In this document: one piece after another, positions 1 through 12,058 of the stretch
Layout of the letters: each line of letters starts with the position of its first letter
Position numbering within the stretch: position 1 is the stretch's first letter
Source of the DNA: Callorhinchus milii
Taxonomy: Eukaryota
Length of the DNA stretch: 64,000 bases
Assembly: GCF_018977255.1 (NCBI RefSeq)
Contig: NW_024704743.1
Coordinates: 24,366,001-24,430,000, forward strand
Direction of reading: 5' to 3'
Made by a program: the position numbers and the translations under genes
The notes under the pieces: generated by a model
The model's input: the letters and a program-made list of their open reading frames with translations, nothing else
Told to the model about the DNA's origin: nothing
Database searches by the model: none

Positions 1-837
1 CCCTCGATAGAATTTGAGACAATTTAAGACTTTTGTTTCTCAGAGACTCCAACGTGGAAATTGGTTATACATTAAGCAACTTTGGCAGTGAACGCATATG
101 ACAGTAAACCTCACATAAGTTGTATCAGTTGGGACCATAGATTTAACACTGTTCAATGTAACTGGAGTGTGTTGTACATTTTAGGGGTCTATGGCACTAC
201 TGCTCATATCACTGCCAACGGGAATTCAAACCAATAATTAATATGGAGCAGTGTCTCAGTGAGCTTTAAAAAATCATTATTATATTTAAACACTGCACAG
301 TAATGACAATCCATCTCTGTAGTGCAGAAATATCAAATGGTAGTGGAGGAACACCACTTCCATCAATTAAGTTTCCCTAAGGCAGCACATTGGTGAATAG
401 ACTGCTGATAAGTAAGAATGATTTGTCTGTGGGTGCTGACAAGATTCCCAGCAAGCAGGTGAGAAAATGGTATTGAGACAAAGTTAGAGGGGTGATCAAC
501 ATTTTATGTATGGTCAGAAGGAAGTGGAGTAAAAGATCCCTCAAAATATTCAAAAAAAGAAAAGGGAGCTTATTCCTGTCTAGTTAGACAAACCATTCTC
601 TTTATGGCTGTTTGTGGGACAGAACTATGCATTTTGGCTTCTTCATTTGTCTACAAATATATAGCCTTCACACTTTTCCAGAAATTCCTTGTGAAGCACT
701 TTGAGAATTCAACATTTTAGGGTATGATATCAAATGTAAGAATTATTATTAAATGAAAATACCACCCTATTATATCAGCAGCATTTAGTTATTGAGTTGG
801 AGTGCGCGACAGTCTCTTTGCCTCGAAGTAAAATGAA

Positions 838-925
838 CAACAACAACAACTTGGATTTATATAGCGCCCTCCACGCCAGATGGCGTCTCAGAGCGCTTCA
901 CAGTAACGGATCCCGGAACCGGGAC
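838..925 (-). mobile_element. L2-type LINE 3' tail fragment
   Basis: (CAA)n + CTTGGATTTATATAGCGCCCTCCACG...GCGCTTCACAGTAA, closely similar to the tail at 57739-57830. Confidence 0.7.
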
Positions 926-1164
926 TATAACTATAACTCAAGTGAGAAATAAAATTGACATGTATATGTAATTCATTAGTTCACAGCTGGCAGCTGTGTG
1001 CATTGCTCAAGTAATTTATAGACCATGCTAAGTAACTGGGGATCATTGACTCCTATAGAATAAACAGTATATTTATGTGGTGACAGAGCTTCTGATGTCC
1101 ATTCACTCGATCTGAAAGACTATCATAGCAGATACTACAAGAGAACCATTGACTCAGAGTGACC

Positions 1165-1430
1165 ACTTAGATACCCTCTGTTCATTTATTAGTAGTATAT
1201 CCTCTCTTTATTTACTTGTATAATAGTAATATTAATTTAGCAGGGGGATATTCATTTACTCATGAGATATCCTCTATTCATTTACCAAAGAGATATTAAG
1301 TTAACAAGATTATATTTTCCATACATTTACAAGTGAGATACTGTTTTGCTAGTGAGATTTGTTTACTGGTGAGATATTCTTTTGCTCATGATATAGTTTC
1401 TATTTGTTCAGCAATGAAATATCTTCTGTA
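1165..1430. repeat. Degenerate minisatellite (~18-27 bp unit, GAGATA...TTTAC)
   Basis: Recurring units such as gagatatcctctattcatttacc, gagatactgttttgctagt, gagatttgtttactggt, gagatattctttgctcat. Confidence 0.45.
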
Positions 1431-1559
1431 CAATCCTGCAACAATCCACTTGTGCTTGATGAAATAACAACTGAATCTTACTAAGCTTTTTTGTTGTTTA
1501 CCCCTACTCCCTGCATTTCATTTTGTTTATATTTTCTTGACACAAAAACACAACTCAAT

Positions 1560-1740
1560 AGTAATAATAATCATTGCATTTGATATAGCTCCTTATCACA
1601 TCATTGAGATGTCTCAAAGGGCTATACAAAATGTAATGATAATGATCCTTGCATTTGATATAGTGCCTTATCACATCTTAGAGATGTCTCAAAGGGCTTC
1701 ACAGAATATACTGTAAAGTGAATTGACTATATTTTTGTTG
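1560..1740 (-). mobile_element. Two tandem 3' fragments of the young tRNA-SINE
   Basis: (AAT)n..TTGCATTTGATATAG..CCTTATCACATC..GAGATGTCTCAAAGGGC occurs twice in succession. Confidence 0.8.
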
Positions 1741-3224
1741 TGTAGTTAGTGACCAAATTATTAAAATATATTTAATAATTGGTAATAGTAATAGTGGAAT
1801 TGGATAATGCTAGCTTCCTTGTTAATGTTTTCCATACTTTCCATTTACAAGATTAGCTTCTACAAAAATCAACATACCATTCTGAACTTAGGCAATAATT
1901 GAGTGTGTATATTTTGGGAGTTTCACCACACCCGCAACTGTTTTGGCACAAGACTAAGCTGAACAGTAAAACAAATCATTGCTGTGTTGGTGGAAATCCA
2001 AACATCCACATGCCTTTGAGTTTGTTATTCCAAATCGTATCTCACTGAATGAAATAAATCAAACAGATTTATTGATTGACTTACTGTATATGGATACAAT
2101 ATGCTAACCAAACAACATATTTTCAGTTCAGTGTAGTTTTAAAATTTGAAATGGCTGTTGGCAAATGGAACAGTTTTGGCCCTCAGTGACAGCATCAAGG
2201 GCACTAGAACCAGACTCAGATTAAGGCTTCCTCTACTCTAGCCCAACAAGATCTTTTAACCCCACAGTGGAAGAGCACTGACTGTAAAAAGCATTCATTT
2301 TGTAGATAAGCCATACTTAGGGTATCTGAAACTGCCAATTTCATGCCAGTTAAAGTCTTACGTTTGTGAACTTGTGTCCACTTGGAACAAGAGAGGCCGA
2401 GAAATGGACCAAAATGCTCAAAGAAAAATCGGAAAGCAAAAAGCGGCCTTAAGGCATTCGGGGTCATAATTTATTTTTACAAATTTTTCAGCAGATTATG
2501 CAATTTAAGTAAAAACACAGAAGTTGCAACTCGTGTAACAACTTCTGGTTTGTGAATGCCACCTTTTAGACCCCATTTCCCTTCACAACAGTAATATGGG
2601 CTGAAAGCGCTGTAGTTTTTTTTGGTTTCGGTTGTAATTGCCATTGCAGTTTATATTTAAGTAATCCCTGCTTTGAGGTAAGTGAATAAGATAGTGGTAC
2701 TTGGCTAAGTGCCAGAACTTAAAAGCACGTGCTGATGATTTTGATGAGCGTTGGACTCACAACCCAGACGTTATCATAATCCTACCTTATCTGTTAAAAA
2801 TATGGGTCTGAGTCAGTAGTAAATTCCAGAGACTGGACCCTTGATGTTTTAAGGTTGAACTTTCATCATTCTTGGCAACAACTGAAGAACACAGCAGTGT
2901 TAGAAGATTCATCTGTATTCCCATTACTTCAGCCCATTCAAGGCCTCGGGTTTCCTGCAGAATGTGAGTAAGATGAGGGCGTGAACAGAGAATGGGAATT
3001 AGCTCTAAAGAAGCTGATGAGAAAACCCATCTTGTTCATCTCTCCGTAATCCATTGTTCATTCCCGTGTGTTTCCTGTTTAAGTACGGATGGAGTAGAGT
3101 TTTGGTTCACTCCTTGGTGCTATTGTACTTCTTATGAAATACTACCCACTCAGCTATTTCCCCCATTTCACTGGAACAAGGGGGTATACAATAATTAGCA
3201 ATACCAGTTGGTATCCCCAGAAGG

Positions 3225-3505
3225 ATGTGGGGTCAAGACATTGGGACATAAGATTATAGCTTAGGTTGACACTCCAGTGTAGGGTTAGTGAGCACTGCAT
3301 TATCAGAGGTGGGGTACTTTGGAGGAGACTTTGTGCTGAGATCCCATATGCATGTTCAGGTTGATGTTAAAGATCTCATTATGCTATTCATAAAGGGGAG
3401 ATTCTCCTTGCATACTGGCCAATAATGCCGCAGATAAAAAAGAATGGTTATTTATTTCATGGCTGTTTGTGAAACATTGCTGTGAGCATTTGCCTACAAA
3501 CACAT
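3225..3505 (+). mobile_element. Old DeuSINE (SacSINE1-like) relic
   Basis: gacactccagtgt..gcactgcattatcagaggt..ttcaggttgatgttaaagatctcat..gctgtttgtg, homologous to the copy at 4314-4697 and to the recalled Deu domain. Confidence 0.65.
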
Positions 3506-4313
3506 TATCACTGCAACAACAACAGTGACAATGTGATTATAGGCAAATGCTCACAGCAATGTTTGAGAAAATCACATTTGTCTAGCATCTTTCATGTCGG
3601 GAGGACATCTCCACTGTTCCGTTCAAATAAAGCCCACTCAATAGCTAATTATCGTACAGAATTTAAGGTGACAAGCTTGCTGAAGCATATCATGGAGCAC
3701 TGATATCTTTCTCTGTGTTGTGATACTAATCCAGTTTCAATCACCCTGTCTGACCGTCTGGCTCTTCTTTGACAGTTGCTTTGATGTGAAATCAGCTCTT
3801 GCTGGTTAAATCTAAATATTTTTAAAGACTAGATATTGACATGAAACAAATAAAAGGATGGGAAGTATTCATGTGTAACATTTGGATTTTGTTTAAGGAG
3901 TGGTGATAGAAAAATTTCCTCTTGATACAAGGGGGGGGCATTTAGAGATAAGGGCCAGTATGTTGTGGGTTCAAACTCAGTTCATCTGGCAAATTCCTTC
4001 AACAGCAAATACCTGTATACTGTAACTAGCCATCATTCTATCGTCTGGCAGCAGAACTCGTACAGAAGGGCATGATTTACGTCGCATGTTTTGCCAAGTT
4101 TAGGAATTATCTACTTGTCTGCTGAAGAAAATAAACCCTGAACCACTTTTAAATCAACTTGTATGGATGACTACAGATATAATGGAACCTTTCTATGAAA
4201 ATGCTAGACTTGGAAACCATTACTCATATATTTAGAATAGGGATATTTTTATGTGGAGCTAGACCCATGTAGGACTAAACCTATGATTGATTACAAGTTA
4301 TTTCAACCTTTGA

Positions 4314-4697
4314 TAATAATAATCCCTGCATTTGGTAAGGAATCTTTCAGGTCAGGAGGATGTCCCAAAGCACTTCACAGGATATACTGTAAAGTGTACT
4401 GACTGTGTGTTTTGTAGACGAAAGCGGCAGCCAAGTTGTGCCAGGACACTGGGAAGAAACTATTTCCTCTTTTCGAATAGTGCCATGGGATTTTTAATAT
4501 CCACCTAAAGAGGCAGATGAGGCCTCGGTTTTCATCCAAAGGAAAGGACGGCATCTCCAACAAGGCAGCACACTCCCAGCACTGCACTGGAGTGTTAGCT
4601 TAGACTATATGAACTCCACGTCCCAATGTGGGGCTTGAATCTGGAACCTTCTGATTCAGACGCAAGAGTGCTACTAACTGAGACAAGCTGACACACA
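4314..4697 (-). mobile_element. Near full-length DeuSINE (SacSINE1-like tRNA head, Deu domain, L2-type tail)
   Basis: Minus strand: tRNA-like head (gtctcagttagtagcactcttgc..gattcaagcccc), Deu core ggtggatattaaaaatcccatggcactattcgaa, tail ending (TTA)n. Confidence 0.8.
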
Positions 4698-5081
4698 AAT
4701 GATAAATATCAACAACAAAGAAACCTATGGTAGCAATGCTGTTGAAACCTTGCTGTGTTTAAAATGGGTGCTGTGTTTCCCTATGAATAGTTATTATAGT
4801 CAACAGTAATTGCTGTGAAGCACTTTGAGATAGTCAAATGCCATAAAGTGTTATAAAATGCAAATTATTTTTTAAACAGTCCAAGCAACTTGTCACTTTT
4901 TTCTGGTACTAAACCTGTACCAAGCATTCTGAGATACTATCCTGTGTGAAAGGTAATATAATTGCAAGTTGTTGGTGTACATTTAGTTATCAACACTCTC
5001 TCGATAAATAGGCATGAGAATTGCAGTGACACAATGAAACGGAAAGGGTGTCAAGATGAAACAACGAGGCTTGTAAATTAA

Positions 5082-5124
5082 AGCAAAATACTATAGACGC
5101 TGGAAATCTGAAATATAAACTGAA
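5082..5124 (-). mobile_element. Short Penelope-like terminal fragment
   Basis: aaaatactatagacgctggaaatctgaaata, homologous to 6948-6980; lacks the ribozyme part. Confidence 0.5.
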
Positions 5125-6944
5125 GTGAGTGAGGCTTGTAAATTTGTTGGTTGATTCGTTGCACTATGTAGCTACTCCCTAAAGCCATAGATGTTTAAAA
5201 TAATGGGGGAGTGGGCAACTAAAACACAATACTGTATTCACAACCGGAATCATCAATTGGAATTATTAACCAGAACTGGGAATTTTGCTTCAATGCAATC
5301 TACTTCACAAACACATGGCCACATGTTGTACAGCGTAACCTTTAGACCTTCCAAACTGTGAACAGACAACAACAACAATAACTTGCATTTATATAGCGCC
5401 CTTCCTTTCTGATATTGGGTTTTGGAGCGCTATGACAGAAATAGACATACCTTCAGAAAATATTTCTGTCAGATATCCAGCTTTAGTATTTGATCAGGTG
5501 CTAAATTCACTGAATATCCTCCGTTAGGGGTAAAATATAAAAAATGCCAGGATAATAAACAATCCGTTATGGACAGATTATCAAATGTTATTCGTGTTCT
5601 CTAGAGAGTGTTGTCTACGCATGCTCATCCTGGACTCTATTTGTTTCCTAACACCTAACTTGTTTGCTGTTTGAACAATGCTTGAAAAAAATCTAACTTC
5701 AAGAATATAAGGCAAAATAAAGAGGAAAAAAAAATTGAGAATGTATAAACCTAATGTCCTCTATAGCTGAGGCCAGCTGTTGAAAAAAATTGCTCCATTC
5801 ATCAGATTATCCCTATTAAGCAAAACACATCAAGATTGATTTAGATATGTTGGGAATCGATTAATGCCTCAGGAAATGTTTCCATTTGTCACCTATTGTG
5901 TTAGGTACAGTGTCACATCTTCAGGTAGGGCTGTTGAACACTTTATAATGACTTTATAATGTACCAAGGATGACTTTATAATACTCACCAGAATCGTGAC
6001 AAAAACAAAATTGTCTCCAGGTTGATGGAAAAGCACAATAGCATAAAACATATTGAACAAACGATGGATCCAGAGGGAACAAAATATTCCTGGTATTCTT
6101 CAATTTTCACTGGAGTGCATACATCATCCTTACAGATTTGAATGTGCTTTACCCACATATGTATATGAATTCCTGTGATTTGGAATATTACAGGACACGA
6201 GATAATGAGCAGTCAGGAACAAGAAACCAATAATTGAATGAATCTTGTGGTTGCTAACAGTGCAAGGAGTGGCATTTGCTCATTTTATGATCTATCTAGA
6301 AGATGGGTGCAACTATATTAAAGCGACTGATTCAACATATTTTATTTCCTTTTGTCAGAAATGTAAGAATATGTCTGTTCTCTGTAACTATTTGACATTT
6401 GAAAACTACAAGAGTATTTCCATTTCCACTTTATAGTCAAAAATATATCCTCATAATTGTTGAATAGTTATTTGCTTATAAGCCTTTCAACAGCTAATTA
6501 ACAAATTTCCCTTTGCACACTTCATCTACTTTAATATTGCCATTATCGCCAAGATGTAATAATACTCCAACAGTTTCAATGAAAACTGAATCTTGGAACC
6601 TTAACTCCCACAAAAACTACTTTGCTACAGGTAACTTATTGACTTGCACCTCAGCACAGAATACAAATGTCCAAATTAAGTAGGAAACTATATACTGTAT
6701 AGAATTATAACAATAATAATCCTTGCATTTGATATAGGGCCTTATCACGTCTTCTTCGAAAGTGAATTGACTGTATATTTTGCGGGCGAAATGACCTAAT
6801 AATCAAGTAAGAAGAACAAAATAGTGCACCAAAGGTATTGCAACTCAAAGGCAACACAATCCAGCTCTGATTGATAGAATAATTCTGTGGCCAGAAAGAT
6901 ACATGTTTAATATATTCTGATACTTAAAGCCAATCTTGATGAAG

Positions 6945-7078
6945 GTCAAAATACTGCAGATGCTGGAAATCTGAAATAAAAACAGAAGTCACTGGGAACA
7001 CTCAGCAGGTCAGGTAACATCTATGGAGAGAGGAAAGTGAGTTAATGTTTCAGGTCGATGACCTTTCATCAGAACTCA
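6945..7078 (-). mobile_element. Penelope-like element terminal repeat fragment
   Basis: aaaatactgcagatgctggaaatctgaaataaaaacaga...ctcagcaggtcagg..gtttcaggtcgatgacctttcatcagaact resembles a recalled abundant shark Penelope-type repeat and ends in a hammerhead motif. Confidence 0.65.
7038..7078 (-). ncRNA. Minimal type-I hammerhead ribozyme motif (probably decayed)
   Basis: Minus strand TGAGTT-CTGATGA-A-AGGTC-ATC-GACCT-GAAA-C-ATT-AACTCA: 6-bp stem I, CUGANGA box, 5-bp stem II, GAAA box, vestigial stem III. Confidence 0.7.
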
Positions 7079-8009
7079 ATCCGTATAAAGCCATACATAG
7101 GAGGAGGATGTATGGTCTCTAGTTAAAATTGCAGAAAACCAGTTAATCCGGGCCACTTGCTCAAGTCTCACATGACATAACCCCCTCCCCCCACAAATAT
7201 CTTCAGTTCATTGTCTCACAAAAAGGAGGCTGATAGGTTTGACTGGACTGACAGGAGAGAGCATAACACCCACCTCCTGCGTGTACAGTTTTGCCACCAA
7301 TTCTAATATGTGCAGTTGGGTCTAAAATGTACAGGTCGTTATGCCTAAGAGTGGCAAAGTTAGGAATAAAATGCTGCCTGTGATAAAGAGATTAATGTAA
7401 ACATTACATTGCAAAAGTATTAATGTAAACATAATGGAATTCTGAATGATTTTTGGAAGATTTGGAAGTTCTAAAGACATCTGCTTCAACTCCTCATCAA
7501 TACAGTTCCTCTGGCATTAAAGCAAAGCTCATTCCAAAGTATAGAAACATGTAACAAAATTGGCATCCACTGTAAGTGCTGGTGTGAATGCCAAATCAGA
7601 GCTGGTCCAATGAAGCGCTGAGATAAATGATATTCCAAACTTGGATAAAGCTTCTATTCGATCTTGCAGACTAAGGTTAAGCCAGTAAGATTGATAGAGA
7701 GAGTTATAACATCTGCTGCACAAACAGATAAGAAAGTCTGGGGCTCTTATGACTTTTTGAAGGGAACTAGATGCCTGAAGGGCAGATTTTAATGATTGAG
7801 ACATTGCTAGACATTTGAAAAGGGTTGGATATCTTTGACCAAAGAAATTATGATTACCTACAAAGAAATAGTGAGGAACTATTAGAAATAAAACTAAATG
7901 TTAAAAAATTGTTTTGAACAATTGTTCTAATAAAAGGAACAGCCTTGGTGATAGACTGACATTCTGAACCATTGCCTATCTGACAGGAAATCCCTTCAAA
8001 TTATTTTAA

Positions 8010-8195
8010 AAAATAATGATAATTTCATCACTCAATCCACGACTGTTTGTAGGACACTGCTGTGCGCAATTGGCTGCCACGTTTTGCACACAAAATATAC
8101 AGCTAATTCACTTCATAGTATACTCTGTGAAGCGCTCTGAGACATCTTGAAGACATTGTAAGGCACTATATTAAATACATGGATTATTATTATTA
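8010..8195 (+). mobile_element. Young tRNA-SINE, 3' half
   Basis: cactcaatccacgactgtttgtaggacactgctgtgcgcaattggctgcc...ggattattattatta. Confidence 0.85.
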
Positions 8196-8898
8196 CGTCT
8201 AGTTGACCAGTGGGTGCTACCTTTTGGCTACGCCATGCTGTAACATTTACTTGCTCACACTACTCTTATTAAGAAGTCCCTCTACAAACATTTCAATCCA
8301 TTAAAGCATGTGCAACAGCTTTACCAGGGGCTGTGAGACTGAAATCTTAAACACAGCTGATCAGGGAGTCTATTGGGTCTAGTTACACCAAAAAGTTCTC
8401 GCTTCAAGAGATTTATGAATTGATTGAGGCTAATTATCCACAGTTCAGAGAGGGGAAAACTAATTAGAAAACCGGCATCTGGCAACAGTTAAGTTGAAGT
8501 TCCTTTCTTCAACTGTATCCCTCTTCACTTATAGGACTTGTGACTGTATAATCTCTCAAGTTATGATGTGTTGAAAAATGTCATGCTCCCACTACCATAA
8601 AAATAACTCATGGTAGAGGCAACCAGTACTCAAGTATCCCACACAAGGTTAAGCCGGCAGACGTGGTTAACTATTTAATATTGAAGAATATGTGCAGCAC
8701 TAAGCCTGTCAGACCATAGCCGTAGATATTGTTCCAGGTTGTAAGACTGAGGAGGCATGGGAAGGAGTTGCTTGCTATGAATGAATCTTCAGGAACCAGG
8801 AACTATGTGACAGAGAGCAGAAGCCTCGTGGGGAATGCCTCTGTGCCATCTAAAACCTCTCTTATGTTGACAAGTCCAAGTCCAGGGCTATGAGTATT

Positions 8899-8992
8899 GG
8901 ATGTACCTCCACAACTTTGCTCCTTCCTGTAACCTGCTAACTCTAGGATGTACCTCCACAACTTTGCTCCTTCCTGTAACCTGCTAACTCTA
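8899..8992. repeat. Perfect 47-bp tandem duplication
   Basis: GGATGTACCTCCACAACTTTGCTCCTTCCTGTAACCTGCTAACTCTA at 8899-8945 and 8946-8992. Confidence 0.95.
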
Positions 8993-9596
8993 AGTGCTGT
9001 AGAATCTGCAGGTTTAGGAAATGGACAGCAGCAAAATAACCGCCTTGAACCAATTCCCAATTCCCCTGTTCACAATGTTGGGTTCAACACCGTTAAGCCT
9101 CTACCGCAGCCAATACTTCCAAAAGAAACTAAACGATTTCTGAGATGAGCATCCACCTGAACAGAACTGTTAAGGTGAAACTGATCCAACACTCCACATC
9201 GGTCCATTATCTAATGACATGAGCTTGAATTGGACAAGTGTTTCGGATTGACCAGTTCTTTATTCCAGGCTTACATTTCTCTATTTAAAGTGTGTCGAAT
9301 CTCTGCTTCAGAACTTGAAAGGGATTTAAGCTAATTAAATTTAATACATATTACAAGCTACAATAATATTGTTCCTTCACCAAACAGACAACCAAATGAA
9401 ATGTGGTAGTCTTTGATATGCCAGTGGATCTGATCGATATTCCTAAAATGTGACAATGATTTTTGTTATTGACTTTGTTGTTCAGGCTCTTAGTCATTTA
9501 ATGTGTCTTGCCTATTTTAAAGAAAACAACTGCTTTGGTTAAGATTACGCTCTAATGGAATGCCTAAATAGTGCTGATTTTCTAGTATTTTAGGAT

Positions 9597-9745
9597 GTCA
9601 GTGTGGCTCCTCCCTCACTTCTGGGTTAGAAGGTTGTGAGCTCAAAACCCAATATTGGGTCTTGAGATTAATAGTCTCCAGTGACAGTCCAATGAAATGT
9701 CTAGTGAGTGCGAGAGGTGCGTCCATCGACTTTTGGGATAGAGAA
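9597..9745 (+). mobile_element. Old DeuSINE 5' fragment
   Basis: gggttagaaggttgtgagctcaaaaccc..cttgag..gacagtccaatg, similar to the head of the 4314-4697 copy. Confidence 0.45.
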
Positions 9746-9792
9746 AAGATCTCTTTTTTTGTACCTATTTTAGAATTCCTTAGAATATTTGT

Positions 9793-10141
9793 GGAGTCCT
9801 GTAGCTCAGTGGTTAGAGTACTCGCCACTCAAGCGAGAGACCTGGGTTTGATTCCCAGCAGGGTGAAACCTTGGGCAAATTTCTTTACTCCACACGCCTA
9901 ATAATAATCCCTCAAGAAAAAAAATAAATAAATTGGTCACTTCAATCCACGACTGTTTGTGGGACACTGCTGTGCATAATTGGCTGCCGCGTGCCCACAA
10001 ATATGCAGTCCAATTCACTTTACACTTTACACTTTACAATTACACTTTACAGAACACTTTACATATTCTGTGAAGCACTTTGAGACGTCTAGGAGACATG
10101 AAAAGTGCTATATCAAATGCAAGGATTATTATTATTATTAT
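9793..10141 (+). mobile_element. Full-length young tRNA-SINE, short variant
   Basis: A box TAGCTCAGTGG, B-box-like GGTTTGATTCC, Deu-like 3' half, (TTA)n tail; internal (ACTTTAC)n expansion at ~10016-10062. Confidence 0.92.
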
Positions 10142-10149
10142 TAACTCCA

Positions 10150-10495
10150 TACCAGTTTGTCTGTTCCTTCCGCCCAGCAGGCTCTGGCCTGTTCCATGTC
10201 CCCCAACCTGCCTTCAGTGTAATTTGTTGTTGCTATTTAGCCTGTCTGTCACTATCCTTTGGGATTCCATCCCAAAGCCCATGCACCTTGCCCCACCCTT
10301 GCCACCTTCAAGAGCCCCCTCAAGACCTTCCTCTTCAACTGCTCCTTTGTCACCTTCCTACCCCCATTCTCCCCGCACTCCACCCTCCTGATCCCAACCC
10401 CCAGCTCGGGTGCAAAGCCTTGACTGTCCAGCGCCTTGGGACGTCTTCCTGATGTGAAAGGAAGGAGCTGTACAAATGTAATTTGTTGCTGTTGT
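10150..10495 (+). mobile_element. L2 LINE 3' end
   Basis: Degenerate ORF2 C-terminus (SGLFHVP, LWDSIP) and tail gcgccttgggacgtcttcctgatgtgaaagg..ttgttgctgttg. Confidence 0.8.
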
Positions 10496-11099
10496 GATCA
10501 ATAACATGAGTGCAGAAATAGCTGTGATTCTGTAAGATGTTAGAACGGACAATTCCTTCACTCCTGGCTCTCCATGCATCCATAATGATAAGTAAGTTCC
10601 ATCATGCATGATGTTTGGTTAACCTCATATCGGTGCTTTCCATTTTCATGTATATCTGTGCAATATGTAGATTTTGTTGTCATTTGTATATTGAACTTTA
10701 ATGATTTGCTGACACTTTCATAACAATTATGCTGATAGTATTTGTCACTTAAACATTGTTCTTGTTCATGGCCTGTTCTACAACAAACATTACTCTAACA
10801 CTGCATTATATATTTAACCATTTTGTAATAAAATATTTAATTGTCCCTAACATTGCTTTAAATAATCATAAAAATATTTTCAATTTTAGTGGAAACAACA
10901 CTAAACACCCAAAAGGAATGTATTATTTCACTGAAATAAATATTATTATGTTTTTTCTAAAACTACTTGCTACTATTAACTATTTTCTGACTGTAAATAA
11001 TATTCTTTGCGTTAGATTTCTGCCTTATCACATCATTGCTATGTTTCAAACTGTTTCACAAGATTTTCCTGTGGGGTGGAGTGACTGTGTAACTGTAGA

Positions 11100-11290
11100 T
11101 GAATGTACATACAGCAATGTCCCACAAACAGCCATGAAGTGAATGACCAATTTTATCCGGGGGATTGTTGGCCAGGACACTGTGAGAAGCTCCCATTTCT
11201 TTTTGAATGGTGTCATTGGAACTTTAATATCCAGCTGAACAGGTAGACCGACTCTCCTTCAACACTGTATTGGAGAGTTAGCCTACACAA
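11100..11290 (-). mobile_element. Old DeuSINE relic
   Basis: acagcaatgtcccacaaacagccatgaagtgaatgacca..ggccaggacac..tttaatatccagctgaacagg. Confidence 0.65.
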
Positions 11291-11979
11291 TATGTATTGT
11301 TCATTTATAATATGCTATACAGCATATAATTTGATATTACCAAAATGATGCTGGTTCTTGCTCTGCCATTGATCTATTCAGTAACATATCCAGTTGTTAT
11401 CTAAAACTAGATAAAATGCTAATGAATAATAGTACTATACCTTATATATAGTACTTTTCCTACAATTATAGTTACAGTAAAATGATTTGAAGCACTTTGA
11501 GGCATTTAGTCTGGGGCATACCAACTACTCCGTGAGATAGTCATCATTAATTTATCAGTAAACAGCCAAGTGGATTTGAAAAACATGTTTGAATATGAAA
11601 TTATTTGAGTATCAAAGCCTTCAGCCTTTGGAATAATCTACCAAAGTGGAGTACCTGCATTTACAATAACGATGACTGTATTTATGACTAAATTCTCCCT
11701 CATTCCCAATGAAACATTCCCCAACCTTTGACACCTTTCAGCAGTAGCCTGTAGTAAATTTGAATCTGGCTGCAAGGCGATAAAAGGATCAGAAAATTTC
11801 AAGAGAGATTCCAACTCATAATATATCAACACAAATTATACTCAATGCGTGCAAGTTTTGTGAAATTTCTATTTTGGAAGATTGTCATCATCGTTACTGC
11901 GCAATTCAAATTGGGCACCTAAAGAAAATGTCATCACAGATAATGTGCTTACTCTATTTACACCCCTACCTTTCTTTTT

Positions 11980-12058
11980 GGTCAGCTGGGTGTCTGACAC
12001 ACACAGAAACCCATCACTAGGTTTAAGAGTATCCAAACCAAACTGAGAATTCTGCAAT
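11980..12058 (-). repeat. Fragment of unclassified dispersed repeat R1
   Basis: Reverse complement matches the 3' end of 26680-27021 and 54270-54632 (ttggatactcttaa..gatgggtttc..gtcagacacc). Confidence 0.65.

Noticed and set aside
2498-2560. Hairpin cagaagttg..caacttctg as a MITE or ncRNA
   Set aside because: Only 9-bp arms, with no second copy or defined termini in the window
3014-3030. CTGATGA motifs here and near 18212 and 42197 as further hammerheads
   Set aside because: No stem II plus GAAA arrangement and no closing stem I
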